A DNA stretch of 64,000 nt. Source: Octopus bimaculoides. Taxonomy: Eukaryota. Of the stretch, positions 14,047-28,800 are shown piece after piece (the stretch's first letter is position 1; each line of letters starts with the position of its first letter). Where the stretch lies: NCBI RefSeq assembly GCF_001194135.2, contig NC_068981.1, positions 99,303,900-99,367,899 on the forward strand. Direction: 5' to 3'. Below the pieces are notes generated by a model that was given only the letters and a program-made list of their open reading frames with translations, did not search any database and was not told the DNA's origin. The translations under genes and the position numbers were made by a program.

Positions 14047-14074
14047 ATGGCAAGCAAACCACCTTACAAAGTTG
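14047..14074 (+). CDS. AHCY: Adenosylhomocysteinase coding exon 1 (GC donor)
   Basis: ATG GCA AGC AAA CCA CCT TAC AAA GTT G|gcaagt = MASKPPYKV(A). Joins in frame to exon 2 (G+CC = Ala) to give the canonical YKVADI-LA start. Confidence 0.85.
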
Positions 14075-17000
14075 GCAAGTATATGTACTAATAGTGATTA
14101 TTTTAGCTAACTCTTTTCATATTACTACTTTAGTTCCCTTTTTTAAATCTATGCTTTGTTTTATTCAGTAATATTCTTTTATTTTCTCTTTCTCTGATGT
14201 TAACTCCGGTGACTCTGGATACCTTGACTTAAGATCATTTCAGCTGAATTACGCTCGAGTTTTTCAGTCAATTTAATTATTCTATAGTACTGTAAAAAAT
14301 GAATGAAAGTTTATTTTAAAAGCCAGCCTCTATCGGCTAAAAATAGCAGCCAAATCTCTCAAANNNNNNNNNNNNNNNNNNNNNNNNNNNNNNNNNNNNN
14401 NNNNNNNNNNNNNNNNNNNNNNNNNNNNNNNNNNNNNNNNNNNNNNNNNNNNNNNNNNNNNNNNNNNNNNNNNNNNNNNNNNNNNNNNNNNNNNNNNNNN
14501 NNNNNNNNNNNNNNNNNNNNNNNNNNNNNNNNNNNNNNNNNNNNNNNNNNNNNNNNNNNNNNNNNNNNNNNNNNNNNNNNNNNNNNNNNNNNNNNNNNNN
14601 NNNNNNNNNNNNNNNNNNNNNNNNNNNNNNNNNNNNNNNNNNNNNNNNNNNNNNNNNNNNNNNNNNNNNNNNNNNNNNNNNNNNNNNNNNNNNNNNNNNN
14701 NNNNNNNNNNNNNNNNNNNNNNNNNNNNNNNNNNNNNNNNNNNNNNNNNNNNNNNNNNNNNNNNNNNNNNNNNNNNNNNNNNNNNNNNNNNNNNNNNNNN
14801 NNNNNNNNNNNNNCCGCCACATTTAGTTGACATATATTTTATGAATAAACGGATAGGGATAAAATAGACAGACAGACAAATAAATAAATGAAAAAGTTCA
14901 AAATTAAAAATTGGGGGAGGGGTGATATTTGGGCCCTTGAGCCCCTTATTAAACTTTATAACATGAATTATTAAATATTGTTTGTTTCTCATAAAATAGT
15001 GTATATTTAATTTACATTACATTATTATTTACGATTAAGGCAAACACAAAACAAATTCTTCTCGCATTGTTTTTGTCTATTTAATTTCGATTTGCATATG
15101 TTCAATTCGCTACGATCTCTTTAAAGTAAACAAAATCAAAAATTTAAATTAGGTGGGGAGAAATTTTTTTTTTTCTTTTTTTTTTTTTGCATATTCGTAA
15201 TCTCCGACATCTAAAACATAAGCATTTTTCAAGAAGAGGTGCGAAATTGCAGTAGCCCCTTTTAATCCTTAACTTCGTACATTTATGTGATAAACCTTAT
15301 TTTGCTGGGATTTCTTTTACTTTGCTTTAGCCCTCGCACTTATGTTGATGCAAAAAGGATATGGTCAATTAAATAGATCTCAATATCTTATTGGGGCTTG
15401 TCTTATAGGCGAGAAGGATGAAGTCAAACCTGGCAGGGTTTGAACTTGGAAATAGAAGGTAACATACATGTGATCACTCGACCTGCTAGAAATAAGAAAG
15501 AGCAGGCAAATGTCTTTCAGATTATACGCCACTGTTATAAAAATTGGACACTGGATAATGTAGTCCCTAGATGCACTATGCCTGAAAGCCAGATGGAATA
15601 GTCGTGGCGAACGCTTGCTCATGGATTTGCTCAACGAACTAAGACGACAGAGAACTACAAGCGGTGGGGTGGGGTAGGCACTTATGGGTCTGCTGTAAGC
15701 AATATAAGTTTTTTGGGGGTTAATATATAGTTTAACACCCGGTCACCGAAAAAAAAAAAAACCGTTAATAGATGAAAAAAATTTGCGCAAACGAACGGGG
15801 TGGGATGGAGAGAACTTTCGGAAATTTCACATGATCCGATTTTTCCCTCATAATTTTCATGAAAATGGATCTATATTAATGAAATTTTATAGAAATACAT
15901 GTCAAGTGGCATAGATTATGATGAAAAAGAAATTTGTGAGGAAAATGTTTTCCGAAGGAGAGAGGAGAGGACTTTAAGAAAATTTACTCGCTCTGATTTT
16001 GGATTTTTCCCCTCACAACTTTCAGAAAAATGGCTATCTTTCAATGAAAGTTTATACAAATACTGAGGTGAGATTGACACAAGCGGTAAGGAAAACATTG
16101 TCTGCCTGCAACAATAAACCACTTTCGAAATCCAAGAAAAAAAAAACTGTAAATTATGGATTAACAGAATGATTAGTATTGGTTCAAATGCTTTACACGG
16201 CAATGTTGACTGGGGTGGGGAAAAGTGACCTACTGAATATTAAAAACAACAGTTTGTGGAGAATTTTTAAGGAATTTTGTAAGTGTTGTAGTTGTCAGAC
16301 AAGGCTAAGGCATTTAACTACAGATCTTCAAGAACAACAGTTAGTGAAATGAGACAAATATCATCGTTTATCGTCCGTCTTCCATATTACCATGGGTTGG
16401 ACGGTTTGATGGGAGCTAGCCAGGCCTGAGCCTGTACCAGACTTTTGTCTCTGTTTTGGCATGGTTTTTACAGCTGGATATACCCTTCCTTACACCATCC
16501 ACCTGGCAGAGGGGACATAAATATTAAATGTTTGTGCTATTTCAATTGGCATCAAATGGTGGTGCCCCAATATGATCACAGATGATAAACTTCACAATAA
16601 GAAAAAAAATTATACAAATACAAGGATTACCAAGTGGAGCTATTAGAATGAAAGCTAAATAACTATTGGTAACTCTTAAGAGTCAAGAAGGCATAAACAT
16701 TTTTTGCTTTGTATATTCGTAATCTCCGACATCTAAAACGTAGGAATTAAAAAACTGTTTTAAATGCGTTTTTCAAGGAGAGGTGCAATTCTGCATTAGA
16801 CCCATTTTGTAGCCATTCCAAAATCAATTTTACATTGATTTAGAAATTATTTTTTTTCTTTTGTAATTTGACTTCCAGTCAACTTTAGTTTAGTGGACCA
16901 GCAATCAAAGGTATTTCAGTTGTGACCAATGTGGCTTTTGTTCAAGCATAGTTCATCAAGGATTACATTTAAGGTTTAAGGAAGATTTGGCTTCCATTTC

Positions 17001-20000
17001 TAGCAGTCCAAAGATTATTTAGTCTTGTTAGACAAAATCTAGTTGGAATCCACATGAAGTCATGCATGTAACATTGTTTTATTCTAGTTGAAAGTGAACG
17101 ACAATGATATTAATGAATGGATTGTAGTTGACAATGATGAGGAATTACTTTTTCAGATTAGATTATTGACAGTATGGTTAACACTTCAAATTAAGATGCA
17201 GAAATTTGTTCCAACAAAACTTATAGACAGGGTCGTCTTGGCAGCATTATAAGCCTCCTTCAGGTAAACCAATGCACTGGGCCCTATAGTAATTATTGAC
17301 AAACCGCAGCATACATAGATCAGAATTGGGCCCTAGACCTATGAGGTCTCCAGGCACCTGCCCAATGTGTCCATGCTTTAAGACAACATTGCTGATTGAA
17401 ACAAAGCATTTGAAAATTTTACTTTAGTAAAAGAAAACAAGAAAATTGCAGAAAAGCTGTGTGATAGTGGTGCACGATGTGGTATGCAGAGCCAAGAAAT
17501 AATTAAAATTACTCCCTCAATAATGAGAAAATATCTTAATTCTTGACAAGAATTTATATTAATGAATGACAAAATGGAAAAGACAGGACAAGGTCATAGA
17601 GGAGATACAAGGGACAGGAAGCCACTGAAGTGGTCACAGAATCATCATCATCGTTTAACGTCCGCTTTCCATGCTAGCATGGGTTGGACGATTTGACTGA
17701 GGACTGGTGAAACCGGATGGCAACACCAGGCTCCAGTCTGATTTGGCAGAGTTTCTACAGCTGGATGCCCTTAACGCCAACCACTCAGAGTGTATGACAA
17801 AATAACTCTGACAAACTAAAAATAATCCTTTCTACTAGAGGCACAAGGCCTGAAATTTTAGGAGAGGAGACTAATTGATTACATCATCCCCAGTGTTTCA
17901 CTAGTGCTTAATTTGACCTCAAAAGGATGAGGGGTAAAGTCTACCTCAGCAGAAATTGAAACCAAAATGTAGCAACAGATAAAATGCTGCTAAGCATTTT
18001 GCCCTGCATGCTAACAGTTTTGCCAGTTTGCCACCTCATAATAATAATAATAATAATAATAATAATAGGCTTACCATCCCTACAAGAAGTGCAAAAAATC
18101 GTGTTAACTGGAATGACTCATGTACTGAGAAGAGCATTATCGCTGTGAAAACAACATCCATCCATTCATGAATTTATTTATTAATTTTTTTAAAAATACA
18201 TATTTTACCTGTGAATTTGCGTATGTAAACTGGGAATGCATACAATGAGTTTCTCTGCCCTAGGTGTACGGAAAACACTCGGCAAGAAATGGAAGAAAAT
18301 TTGAAGAAAGAAGAAAAAAAAAACATAATAATAACCGACAATAATAACAAAGCTAAAGTGAAGATCAAATAAATGTGTGTTTTATTGGCATAAGATGACC
18401 ATGCCCAAATATAACAATATATCAATGAAAATTAATGGAAAATAGTAATGTGGAGTGAGTGGATCTTTGCAGTATGGTTGTATCAGACATATTTAAGTCT
18501 TATTAAACCTTATGTTGGCATGGAACTCCACAGAATTTTTTTTACCTTTTATTAGTTTGTTATTGGAATTTGGTACCCACCTTGATGAATTTATTTGAAC
18601 AAATTGGCCCCAGTATTAATTTTTTAATCAATCTCCTTTGCTGAACATCTAAGTTACTGAGACCTGGTTGTCAAGTAGTGGTAGAGTACAAACAAGACAA
18701 CATACATACACACACACATACAGGGCCTCTCAAAACTAAATACCTTTTTTTCTTTCTTTTTAAAAAGATTTATTTCTAGAAACAAAATGTAATTTGATGC
18801 ATTTAAATACTTAATCTAGTATTTAATACATATCCTGTGCAGTTTTTAATTAGTTACCTTTTTGAGCTTTGTACTAATAAGTAGTGTCTGCACAGGTAAA
18901 ACACAAGGGATTTTTATTTTATTTTGAAGTATGTGTGTATACATACAGACAGACATGCTTCTTTTAGTTTCCTCCTACCAAATTCACTCACAAGGCTTTT
19001 GTTAACCTGAGGCTATAATAGAAGACACTTGGCCCAAGATGCTACACAATAGGACTGAACCCAAGACCACATAGATAGGGAAGCTAGCTTAACACTCAAC
19101 CATGCCTGTGCCTAAAACATCTCATGACCCCAAACTGTTAGGTGTTTTAATATCTTCTTTCAAAACTAGGGATGTGTGTATGGAATTTTTTGTGAATTAG
19201 ACAAATCTGCCCATTTATTACTTGGCAATGGGGTTGATTTTATGTTCTTTATCTTTTTAATGAGCTTCTTCCCTATTTTTGTGAAAACCTCAGATATCTC
19301 TTATCAACCTTTGAACACTTGGCACAAACCAAGATAAATATTTTACCTTCACTGTTTAGTGGACTGACATAATGTAATGTGTGTTAATGGGGAAGGGAAA
19401 CGATTGATGTTAAGTGTAACTCGAGGACTTTAGCAACACAAGTGAAGCCCTCATGACCACACTCACAAAACTTGGAGCTGATGTAACATTGTGGACATGT
19501 CTCTCTAGATTTTTTTGACTAGTAATGTATTTCTTATACACATTCACTGTGAGTCTATTTATTTATTTAAGACATTCCTGTACACTAGAATATAGAAACA
19601 CAATGAGCTGAGCTCCAAGTAACAGCAGAGTATCAAACAATATTTCAGTGTGATTTTGCCCTTTGTGTGACATAGTCTTGATCATTTGGAGTTAAGTTAG
19701 GGCTTTTGTCCCTATATGAACACAAGTTTGCCAAGCTAGAATTAACTTAGTATATGCACAAGTTTTTTTCTGACAAAATCCCACAGTGAATGCCTTTCAT
19801 GTTCTTTTGTCCACAAGCATGTTAAAAATAAGTGTACACATATTAATTTTGATTATTACTGTTTCATGTGTATATACTATATACTTTATTGTATCCTTAA
19901 AGATAGGATGCAGTTCCTTTTCAGTCAGTCTTAAAATATGACTAATTTAGTTGTTATAGCTTGTGAGTTGTCATAAATACCAGTATGCATATGTACACCA

Positions 20001-20879
20001 GTCGAGAGGTATTCCAGCTCAAGTTTTATTTATAGGTATTTGGTATCAAATTTGATTTTCCTGAGGAGTTAAAATGTCCTCATGACAACCAGACTTAGTC
20101 ATCTAACTCTGTTGAACTGTATTCTCATTATTGCTGACTTTCATCAGTTTTCTTTTTATTCCAACTATTACATTCATTCTAGTTTCATACTAGAAACTAC
20201 CCTTTGCTTTCTTACATCAGTGTTCCTTGGATTATGTAATATGCAACATTAGGCCCTTGGAGTTGTTGTTTAAGCCTTCATTAGCCCTGATTGAGCATAC
20301 TTAATGATCAGTCAAACTGTGACCATCCTGTCTTTTATTTTCTAGACAGTAAATTGTGATTTGAAGGAGACTTGCTTGTTATTTATAGCAGATTGAGTGA
20401 CCATGTAACTGTCCTTTCATTGGCATGTAGAATTTGTTGTGTGAGTGTATTGCAAATAAGAGTAATCAAAATACTGAGAGTACTTCTTGGTGTATTTCAA
20501 CAAGAAATATTGGAAACAATGACAGAAACTGGGTTTCTCTAGTATATCTCTGAGTTTACTGAAAACTTGTCTTGAAAACCAATAGCAGATTCAAGGAACT
20601 TTCTGCGAACATAATCACAATATATATATAATTGAATTGTAAATGAGCCACTTGATTTTCTCTGAATATTTCTTTATACATCAACCACACAACAGGAACT
20701 GAAGACATATGGTCGTGCAAAACAAAATATTAACCCTTGAGATTATGCAAGGAAAAAAGGATAGGTGAAAACACTGGAAAAAATATCTTTTCATTAAGTA
20801 TTCATAAATTGGAGAGAACTTGAAATTTTGATAATCTAACTTGTTTTTAACTTTATATTTCACCTGTTATTTTTATTAG

Positions 20880-21070
20880 CCGACATCAACCTTGCTGAAA
20901 GTGGCCGACTGGAAATTACTTTGGCTGAGAAAGAAATGCCTGGGCTCATGGAAATGCGTAAACGTTATGGCAGCCATAAAGTTCTTAAAGGTGCACGTAT
21001 TGCTGGATGTTTGCATATGACTGTCCAAACTGCTGTTTTAATTGAAACTCTTACAGAGCTTGGAGCAGAG
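20880..21070 (+). CDS. AHCY: AHCY coding exon 2
   Basis: tattag|CC GAC ATC...GCA GAG|gtaagt. [63 protein letters not shown], containing GCLHMT. 191 nt. Confidence 0.97.
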
Positions 21071-21294
21071 GTAAGTGTTTTGCTGTTTTTGAAATGTTAT
21101 TGTTCCCAGTAACTTGGCATCCATGTTTGCATCATTTTAGGTTACTATATATATAGATATAGCCATGATTCTTAATCTCTTGCTTCCTGAAATCATATTT
21201 TGTGGCTTTGGCATGCTGTTCACAGATGCGATGGTATCTTCATTTCTCTTAGGCGTCTTTTTTTGCACTTCTCAGTATCAACTCCTTGGCTATC

Positions 21295-21550
21295 ATGAGG
21301 AGGAACATCGGCTTAGTGTTTAGGCTGTTGGATTTATGATCATAAGATTGTGGATTGTGGTTTCAACTCCTAGACCAGGCGACGTTTTCGTGTTCTTGAG
21401 CAAAACACTTCATTTCACATTGCTCCAGTCCACCCAATAAAATGAGTAATCCTGTGCCAGACTGGCGTCCTGTCCAGGCAGGGAATTAATATTAGAGGGA
21501 AACAGGGAAACCGGCCCTTATGAGTCGGCATAACTCGAGAAGGTAACTTT
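21295..21550 (+). mobile_element. Third tRNA-SINE family (TTGCTCCAGTCCAC core) in AHCY intron 2
   Basis: A/B-box-like head followed by GAGCAAAACACTTCATTTCACATTGCTCCAGTCCAC...GACTGGCGTCCTGTCCAGG. Inverted relative at about 34520-34690. Confidence 0.55.
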
Positions 21551-21852
21551 AACCTATCATGAAGAGGAGTGGAGAAATGTTACTTCATGCTGCCTATTTC
21601 TAGTGTTTGTCATAATGGAGTGGGCTAAACATATTTCATTTAAAAACTTCTTTTGCACTTAGTAGTTTTCTAATAATAATGATCAAATCTGTTCAAAGTA
21701 AAGGGGGAATAACTCCATAAGGAATTATTGCCTTATAAGTTATCTCCCCTGTGAGTGAGATGGCACCGTTATCTGCAGAACTAGTATTAAATTATTAATC
21801 GGATATTCAGACACTGACATTTTCTGAATTCGTTTGGTCTTGTGTGTTTTAA

Positions 21853-22050
<198 letters not shown>

Positions 22051-22746
22051 TAATTTTGCAGTATATTCCTGTTTGATAATGTCATATTTTTACAAGAGGA
22101 CTATTGTTGTGTAGTTCAAGGGAGATATAACGATTTCAAGCTGGTTGAGCTACTGCAAAGAGGTTCCTCTGTTGGCAATGTTAGTGGATCTATAACAGAG
22201 GCAATGAAATGTGCCGCAATTACAATAGCAACAAAGTTTTGATTTGTTTTATATCAAATCAACCCTTTGTCTCCGGTGTAATCACATTGATTCACTTTGT
22301 CTTGTTTATTCCTTTGCCCTGTCTCCTGTATTCATCAATGTGACCATCTTGTATATTTTCTTTATTTTGAGTTAACTTTTGCCACTAACTATTTACTGTA
22401 ATATATACAGTCGTTTCTGAATAATAGTGGTAAAGTTAAAGAGAAAAAAAGCAAGAGAAAGGTGTGAAAAGAACAAGACTAAAGCAATATAACTAAATTG
22501 CTGTTATTAACCACTTAGCTGTGAAGTTTGTTTGCAATAGGGCAAGCTGAAGTATGTAAATAATTTTTTACATTTATATAAATATATTTATATATTTATA
22601 TATTCATCATAGTAACTATAGTAATAATCTTTAAATATAAGATCATATTGTTAGTGATCTAATGCATTATAGATATCAATTTGAAATATATTTTAACTGT
22701 TATATTTTATAATATTTTTCACTATTGTTCTGTTCTTTTATTTAAG

Positions 22747-22846
22747 ACACTATATTTCAAAGATGATCAACCTCTCAATTTGATCCTTGATGATGGTGGT
22801 GATCTTACTAATTTGATTCACACCAAATATCCACAATTACTAGAAG
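22747..22846 (+). CDS. AHCY: AHCY coding exon 4
   Basis: tttaag|ACA CTA TAT...GAA G|gtaaga. [33 protein letters not shown](G), with the DDGGD motif. 100 nt, AAG acceptor. Confidence 0.95.
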
Positions 22847-23745
22847 GTAAGAATATGCAAATATATCTTTAGCCTTTTGCAATGTGTTGTTATGAATCTA
22901 ATTTCTTAAGTGTTTTACAAATTTTTCGACCATTTCTATACTCAGAATATTCAAATTGGTTGATCTTGTTAATCTGTTATTCCTAGGTATCTTAATAGTT
23001 TATAAAGTCTGGTATCTTTAATTATGAGGCCAGTATTCTCTTGTTGATCTGCTTTTTAGCCAGGCTTTCAGAAGACCTTTAGGGGTCTCTGAATTTCTTG
23101 TTTGATTTCTGCAACTGTTTAAAATTACAGGTGCAGGATTAGATTCTAGCCACTGTTGAGGTAATTTGACTTTGAAGAATCTATGAAGTAAGGTGTTTTA
23201 TTTGAACATGTTGCTGATTATCTATATTTTCTCAGACAAACTTTACAGCAAAGTAGTTTGGTTTAACCCCTGTTTTGTGCTTGAATGACCATAAGTTTTA
23301 TATCATGGGCTGGGTAATTTGTTAGCTAGAAATGTATTTTCAAGTAACTTGTTTCTTGTGTGTAAGCTTATAATGGTGCAGTCCAATGGCTGTTGTGTTT
23401 TGATACACTGATGTTCTGACACCTGCTTTCTGTTTTTTTGATGTACCAGTATATCAAAGAATAATAGTTGGTTGTTTCCCTCCTTCAGGGATTGATGGAT
23501 GCAGTCTCCAGCAACTTAGGCATTGTCTTTGTGTTGCCAGAGTACAAAAGTGTCAGGCTGTCAGTTTTTATGTTGTGCTTTCTGGAGCTAAGTCTGCAAA
23601 CAATTTGTTCAACCGAGAGGTGTATGAGTTATAGTAAAGTCTTATCACTTTGGTTAAGAAATCTTAACATCTCAACAAAAGTATTTTTCATTTTTTAACA
23701 ACTGTAAACTTTATGATTAAATGAATTTCACATTGATGTTTACAG

Positions 23746-23858
23746 GGATTAAGGGTTTGTCTGAGGAAACTACCACTGGTGTCCATAATTTGTACAAGAT
23801 GTTAGAGAGGAAAGAACTGAAAGTTCCAGCAATTAATGTCAATGATTCTGTAACAAAG
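23746..23858 (+). CDS. AHCY: AHCY coding exon 5
   Basis: ttacag|GG ATT AAG...ACA AAG|gtaaat. [37 protein letters not shown]. 113 nt. Confidence 0.97.
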
Positions 23859-24869
23859 GTAAATGCAATCTGTACAATAAATTTACTTAGTTGTGTGTGT
23901 GCACGTGTATGTATTAGTTCTTAGTTAATCGACTCAGTTGAATCTCTAGACATCTTGTTAATTCTATGACATGTTTTGTGTAAGCAAAAACTTTTAATAT
24001 TTTTTCAAGTGTTTTAGTTACATTAAATTGGCTTATTTTACCTTAAAATATTACTGGTACTTATAAGATAGAGAGATAAAAAGGCTGAGTTAAATCCAAC
24101 TAAATCTAGGATGGTGTGCTGGAAATAGATAACTTGTGATGTAATTGCTAGCCTTTTTGACTCTACCAATTACTGTCACTTTCAAAGGGTATAGAAACAG
24201 ATGTGGTTAGTGAAAATGTGATATGCGGTTGGCTAACAATGTTGATGACACAAATGTTTTAATTTCAATTTCCAGCTTGGATGCATTTTCCATTTTGAGT
24301 GGTACAGTAGCTGTGAAGATACTAGAATTGTTCTGTTATCTTGTAATTGAAGATCATATAATTTGTACAAGTTATGGAATGGTAATGTCAATAACCTTAC
24401 CAAGCTCTTTGAGTAGTGAAATCTGTATGGTCAGTGTTAAGTCTGAACATCTGTAAGGTGACATCTGCAGGAAAAATGTGGGCAGAGTGGTTAACGTATC
24501 ATGGGTGAGGCAGACAGGGATATAGTAGGAGAAAAATGTAGTGTGTCTAATTGGAGTTGACATGCAATTTTTTTTACATTTTAGCTAAACTGATGTATGA
24601 CCTTTTTTCAAAAGTGATCCATAAAATTCATGAGGAAAAGTTCATGGACCACCAAGTATAAATTTATTTTCATTTGCATTATCCAATACAATAGGACATA
24701 AATATTTTACGCTAATAAATTAATCATGCATTAATAAGAGGAGGCTGTTCATAAGCTAAACCTTATAAAATATTTGTGAGCAAGTTTTACCAATGGATGC
24801 AGTCTAGGATGTTATGTAGAAACAATACACCATCAAATGTGAGAGCAGTATTCTATTGTGGGTCTTTAA

Positions 24870-25087
24870 CCCTTTAGTACTTAAACCGACCATATCAGGC
24901 CCAAATATTCTACCTGTTTTATGTTCAAACTGACCAGATCCAGCCTTTCACATCTGCCCTACAATGTCATTCTAAGAATAAAACAATCACATCAAAATCT
25001 CGAAATCACAAAATAATGGATGATTAATTCAAAACAATGTGAATAAATAAGCATTACATTTGACGGAGTAATTTGAATGCTGAAGGG
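24870..25087. mobile_element. piggyBac-like MITE (about 220 bp)
   Basis: TTAA|CCCTTTAG...GCTGAAGGG|CTAA. Second copy at about 58422-58641 bounded by TTAA, with partial copies at about 58075-58180 and 58345-58410. Confidence 0.6.
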
Positions 25088-25619
25088 CTAAGCTTAAAGA
25101 ATTGCCAGATTATATAAAAAAAAATTGGTATGTTTTCTGACTCTGAAGAAGACTAGTCTTTAGGATGCTACTTTACTTGTGATGTTGCCAAGAAGAATTA
25201 GCAATAGTGGTTTCTAGCGCTATTAACGTGTCATTAAAGATATTCATGACAAGAGAGAGATATACAAGAGGTTGTTGTTGGCCCCAACAAAATCAGTCTT
25301 CTGAGTTCAAATCCTGCAAAATCAGTTTTGATTAGAATACCAGTAATATTTGGATTTACTTTACTTATGCTAATTACCTGAAATATAATTCAACTTGTTT
25401 AGTTTAAACAGTTCTGTATTTAGGTCAGTAAGTAAATAGAATACCAGAATGAATGGTTTACAGTATTTTTGTTTTTGTTCTGAGTTCAAATTCTGCTGGA
25501 GCTAATTTTCTCTTACATTTTTTCATCTGTTAATAAAACAGATACCAGTAATATAACTGTTTAATTTGATTATAATCTCATTTACAGACATTGACTAATT
25601 TGTTATATTTTAACTATAA

Positions 25620-25838
<219 letters not shown>

Positions 25839-25874
25839 TAATTATGGTTGTGTTGTAAAGCAGTCTTTTGCCAC

Positions 25875-28800
25875 TGTTGTATCCGTCTTTTAATGACGCT
25901 CTGACAGATATTGTTATATTCCGAAGTTGTTGATAGAATGGTTCTATATAGCATTGTACAACACCCAGTCATACAATGTTATCCTCAAAAGGTTGGATCG
26001 CTATAACGTCCACTCAATATCACAGTTTGATTACTATATCAACAGTCTACATGTACTCTCGACCTTCCTGACTGGCTACTGGGCTATTTATAATGGCTGG
26101 CTACTCTCACTTTTTACCAGGCAGGGTATAGTTTCACTATACAACATCTCCCCTTTTAATTTTTTTATTAACAATCAATTTCTTTTATTCACCCTACCTC
26201 CCCCCTTTTTTTTTATATATATATATATATTCAATATCTTTTCATTTTAGGATCTACTTTTAGGAATTCAGTGTTCTTCCTTTTCCTTGTACATGTGGTT
26301 TCAATTTCTTGTAAATGGTGTTGGAACCTGAAAAGTGTCATAGCCAATCCATCAGTATTTCTACTCTTGTTGATTCCTATTCTACGACTCTTTCCTTAAG
26401 TGGATTTCTATATCTCCTTTCCATTCCATTTCTGCTTCTTACACCATACATCATTCTTCCTATGTATGTTACAATTTCTCCTTCTTCCCAGTATTGCTTG
26501 CCATTTTTGAACATTCTTACATATACCTTATCACTGATTCTAAATTATTCTGGCATGTCTTTACTAGCACATATTTTTTTCTTCACTGGTAACAGTTTAT
26601 CGAATACTGTCTTTGACTTCACCTTTGTGGCAAACATTAATTCTGCTGGTGAACTTCCTTCTGGTGCATTTAAGTTCAGAGTTACCCTGTATACCCTTAA
26701 GAATTGTTGGATCATGACCTCGTCTGTTGCTTCCTTATTAGCTTTCTTAAAAGTATCCACGGACCGTTAAGCCTTTCCATTTGATCTAGGGCGATATGTT
26801 GCTATAGTTTTATGTTCTAACATGAACATCTTGCAGAATCTTTTAAATTCACAGGATACAAACTGTGTTCCATTATCAGAGACAATTATATCCAGTGTAA
26901 GAAGTTTATTACTGTACAGGAGGTTGGTTATTTACACCTCATGACCTCAAGCCATTTTGTATAGCTGTCCCCTATCCATTTACCAGGCCTGCAAAATTGA
27001 TATGTAATCGAGACCAAGATATTTTCACTTCCAGCGCACTTCCTCTTCAGCCTTTTACTAGGTTTTCAATTTCCTTGTCCATGCTTGGCCAGTATATGAA
27101 TCGGTGCTTTCATTCTAGAGATGCCTGGGTGTCCCACATGAAACTCTTTTAGCATTCTATTCTGTAATGTCTGTGGTATGACAATCCTCTGAGCATACAT
27201 TTGTACACCATCACATATAGAGTACACATTCACATCTTGGAGGTTCTTTGCATCAGACCTTTTTTTTTTTTTACCTTTTGTCGACCAGTTTTCTTTTTAT
27301 CTCATTAATAAATTTGTCATTTCTTGCATTTCTTTTTATTTCTTCCAAAGTTACTGGTAGTTCACACATGATATTCCACATCATTTTTTTTTGTTTCTGC
27401 TTCTGCTCTTAGCGCTACTATTACAGTGTCCGCCAGTGGTTCATTATTTCTTGGAATTAACCTAGACAGACAATTGGCATGTCCCAACTTTTTTGAAGGC
27501 AGATATTTCATTCTATAATCGTAGTTTAATAGAATGGCACCCCACTACTGCAGTCTGTTTGCCATATGTAATGAGATTCCTTTCTTGGATCTGTATATCG
27601 TTAATAGAAGTCTATGGTCTGTTTGCAACCAAAAACGTCAGCTGTGAATGAACCTGTAAAATGTTTTTCACACCAAATATAATAGCCAACACCTTTTTCA
27701 ATCTGGCTATAGCTCTTTTCTGTTGGCAATAATGTTCTTGATGTGTGAGCTATAGCCTTTCTCCTGCCCTCGTTATCCTTGTATGGCTCCTATCCCACAC
27801 TCACTAGTCTCTGTAGCCAGTATTATCTCAAACTTTGGGTCGAAATTTGTAAGATACAAATCTGAAGTTAAAACCTCTTTTAACTCATTAAATGCTTTCT
27901 GGCATTTCTCTGTCCAAATCCATTTAGCATTTTTTTTTTTTTAACAATTTATTAAGTGGTGCCATTATGTGTATTTGGTATATACACTGGGTAATAATTT
28001 ACCAAGCTTAGGAATGCTTGTAGCATTGTCACATTTGTCGAGGGCAGCATATTTTGTATTGCCATCACCCTTGATGAGTCCAGTCTGCATCCACTTTCAT
28101 TGATTACTTGACCTAGGTATTTTATTTTTTTTCATTAAAAATTCCCATTTTTCTTCTGTCAGTTTTGTCCACATTCACTTATTCTCTCGAATACTTTGTG
28201 TAATATGTTTCACCCGAGACTTGCTCTTTATCAGAATATCATCTAGGTATGTGATGGCAAAGTTGCAATCACTTAACATTACATCCATTATTTGTTGGAA
28301 TATGGCAAGTGTCACTTTTACCCCAAACGGCAGTCATTTGAACTTGTACAATTAACAGTGTGTGTTGATTGTTAGTAGATGTGCAGTCTTCCTCTAACTG
28401 AATTTAAAGGTACACCTCTAAAAGGTCGAACTTGGAAAAAATATTCCTTCCATTTAGTTTAGCAAAAACTTCTGGGCTTGGTAGTGAGTAATTGTGTGTG
28501 AGTAAACAGTTGTTTAACCTGGATGAGAAGTCTGCACATACTCTTAACTTTTTTTTTCTTTTCACATGCACTGCTGGTGCTGCCCAGTTTGCATGGTCCA
28601 TTCAATTATATTCAGGTTTTCCAACCATTCTAGTTATTTTTTGACCTGGTCTACCACCACAAACGTCATGTTTTGTTTGGGCCTGCAAACAAGTTTTTGA
28701 ATTTTCTTTGATAGCAAACCTTGCTTTTGTTTTTCTGCAACAGCCTAAACCTTCTGAAAAATCTTTTGGGGAAAGTTTCTTTCATTTTTTTTTTTTTTGT

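Noticed and set aside
15408-15457. AG...GT-bounded 50-nt cassette in AHCY intron 1
   Set aside because: It contains an in-frame TGA, its length is not a multiple of 3, and the sequence resembles a decayed SINE core.
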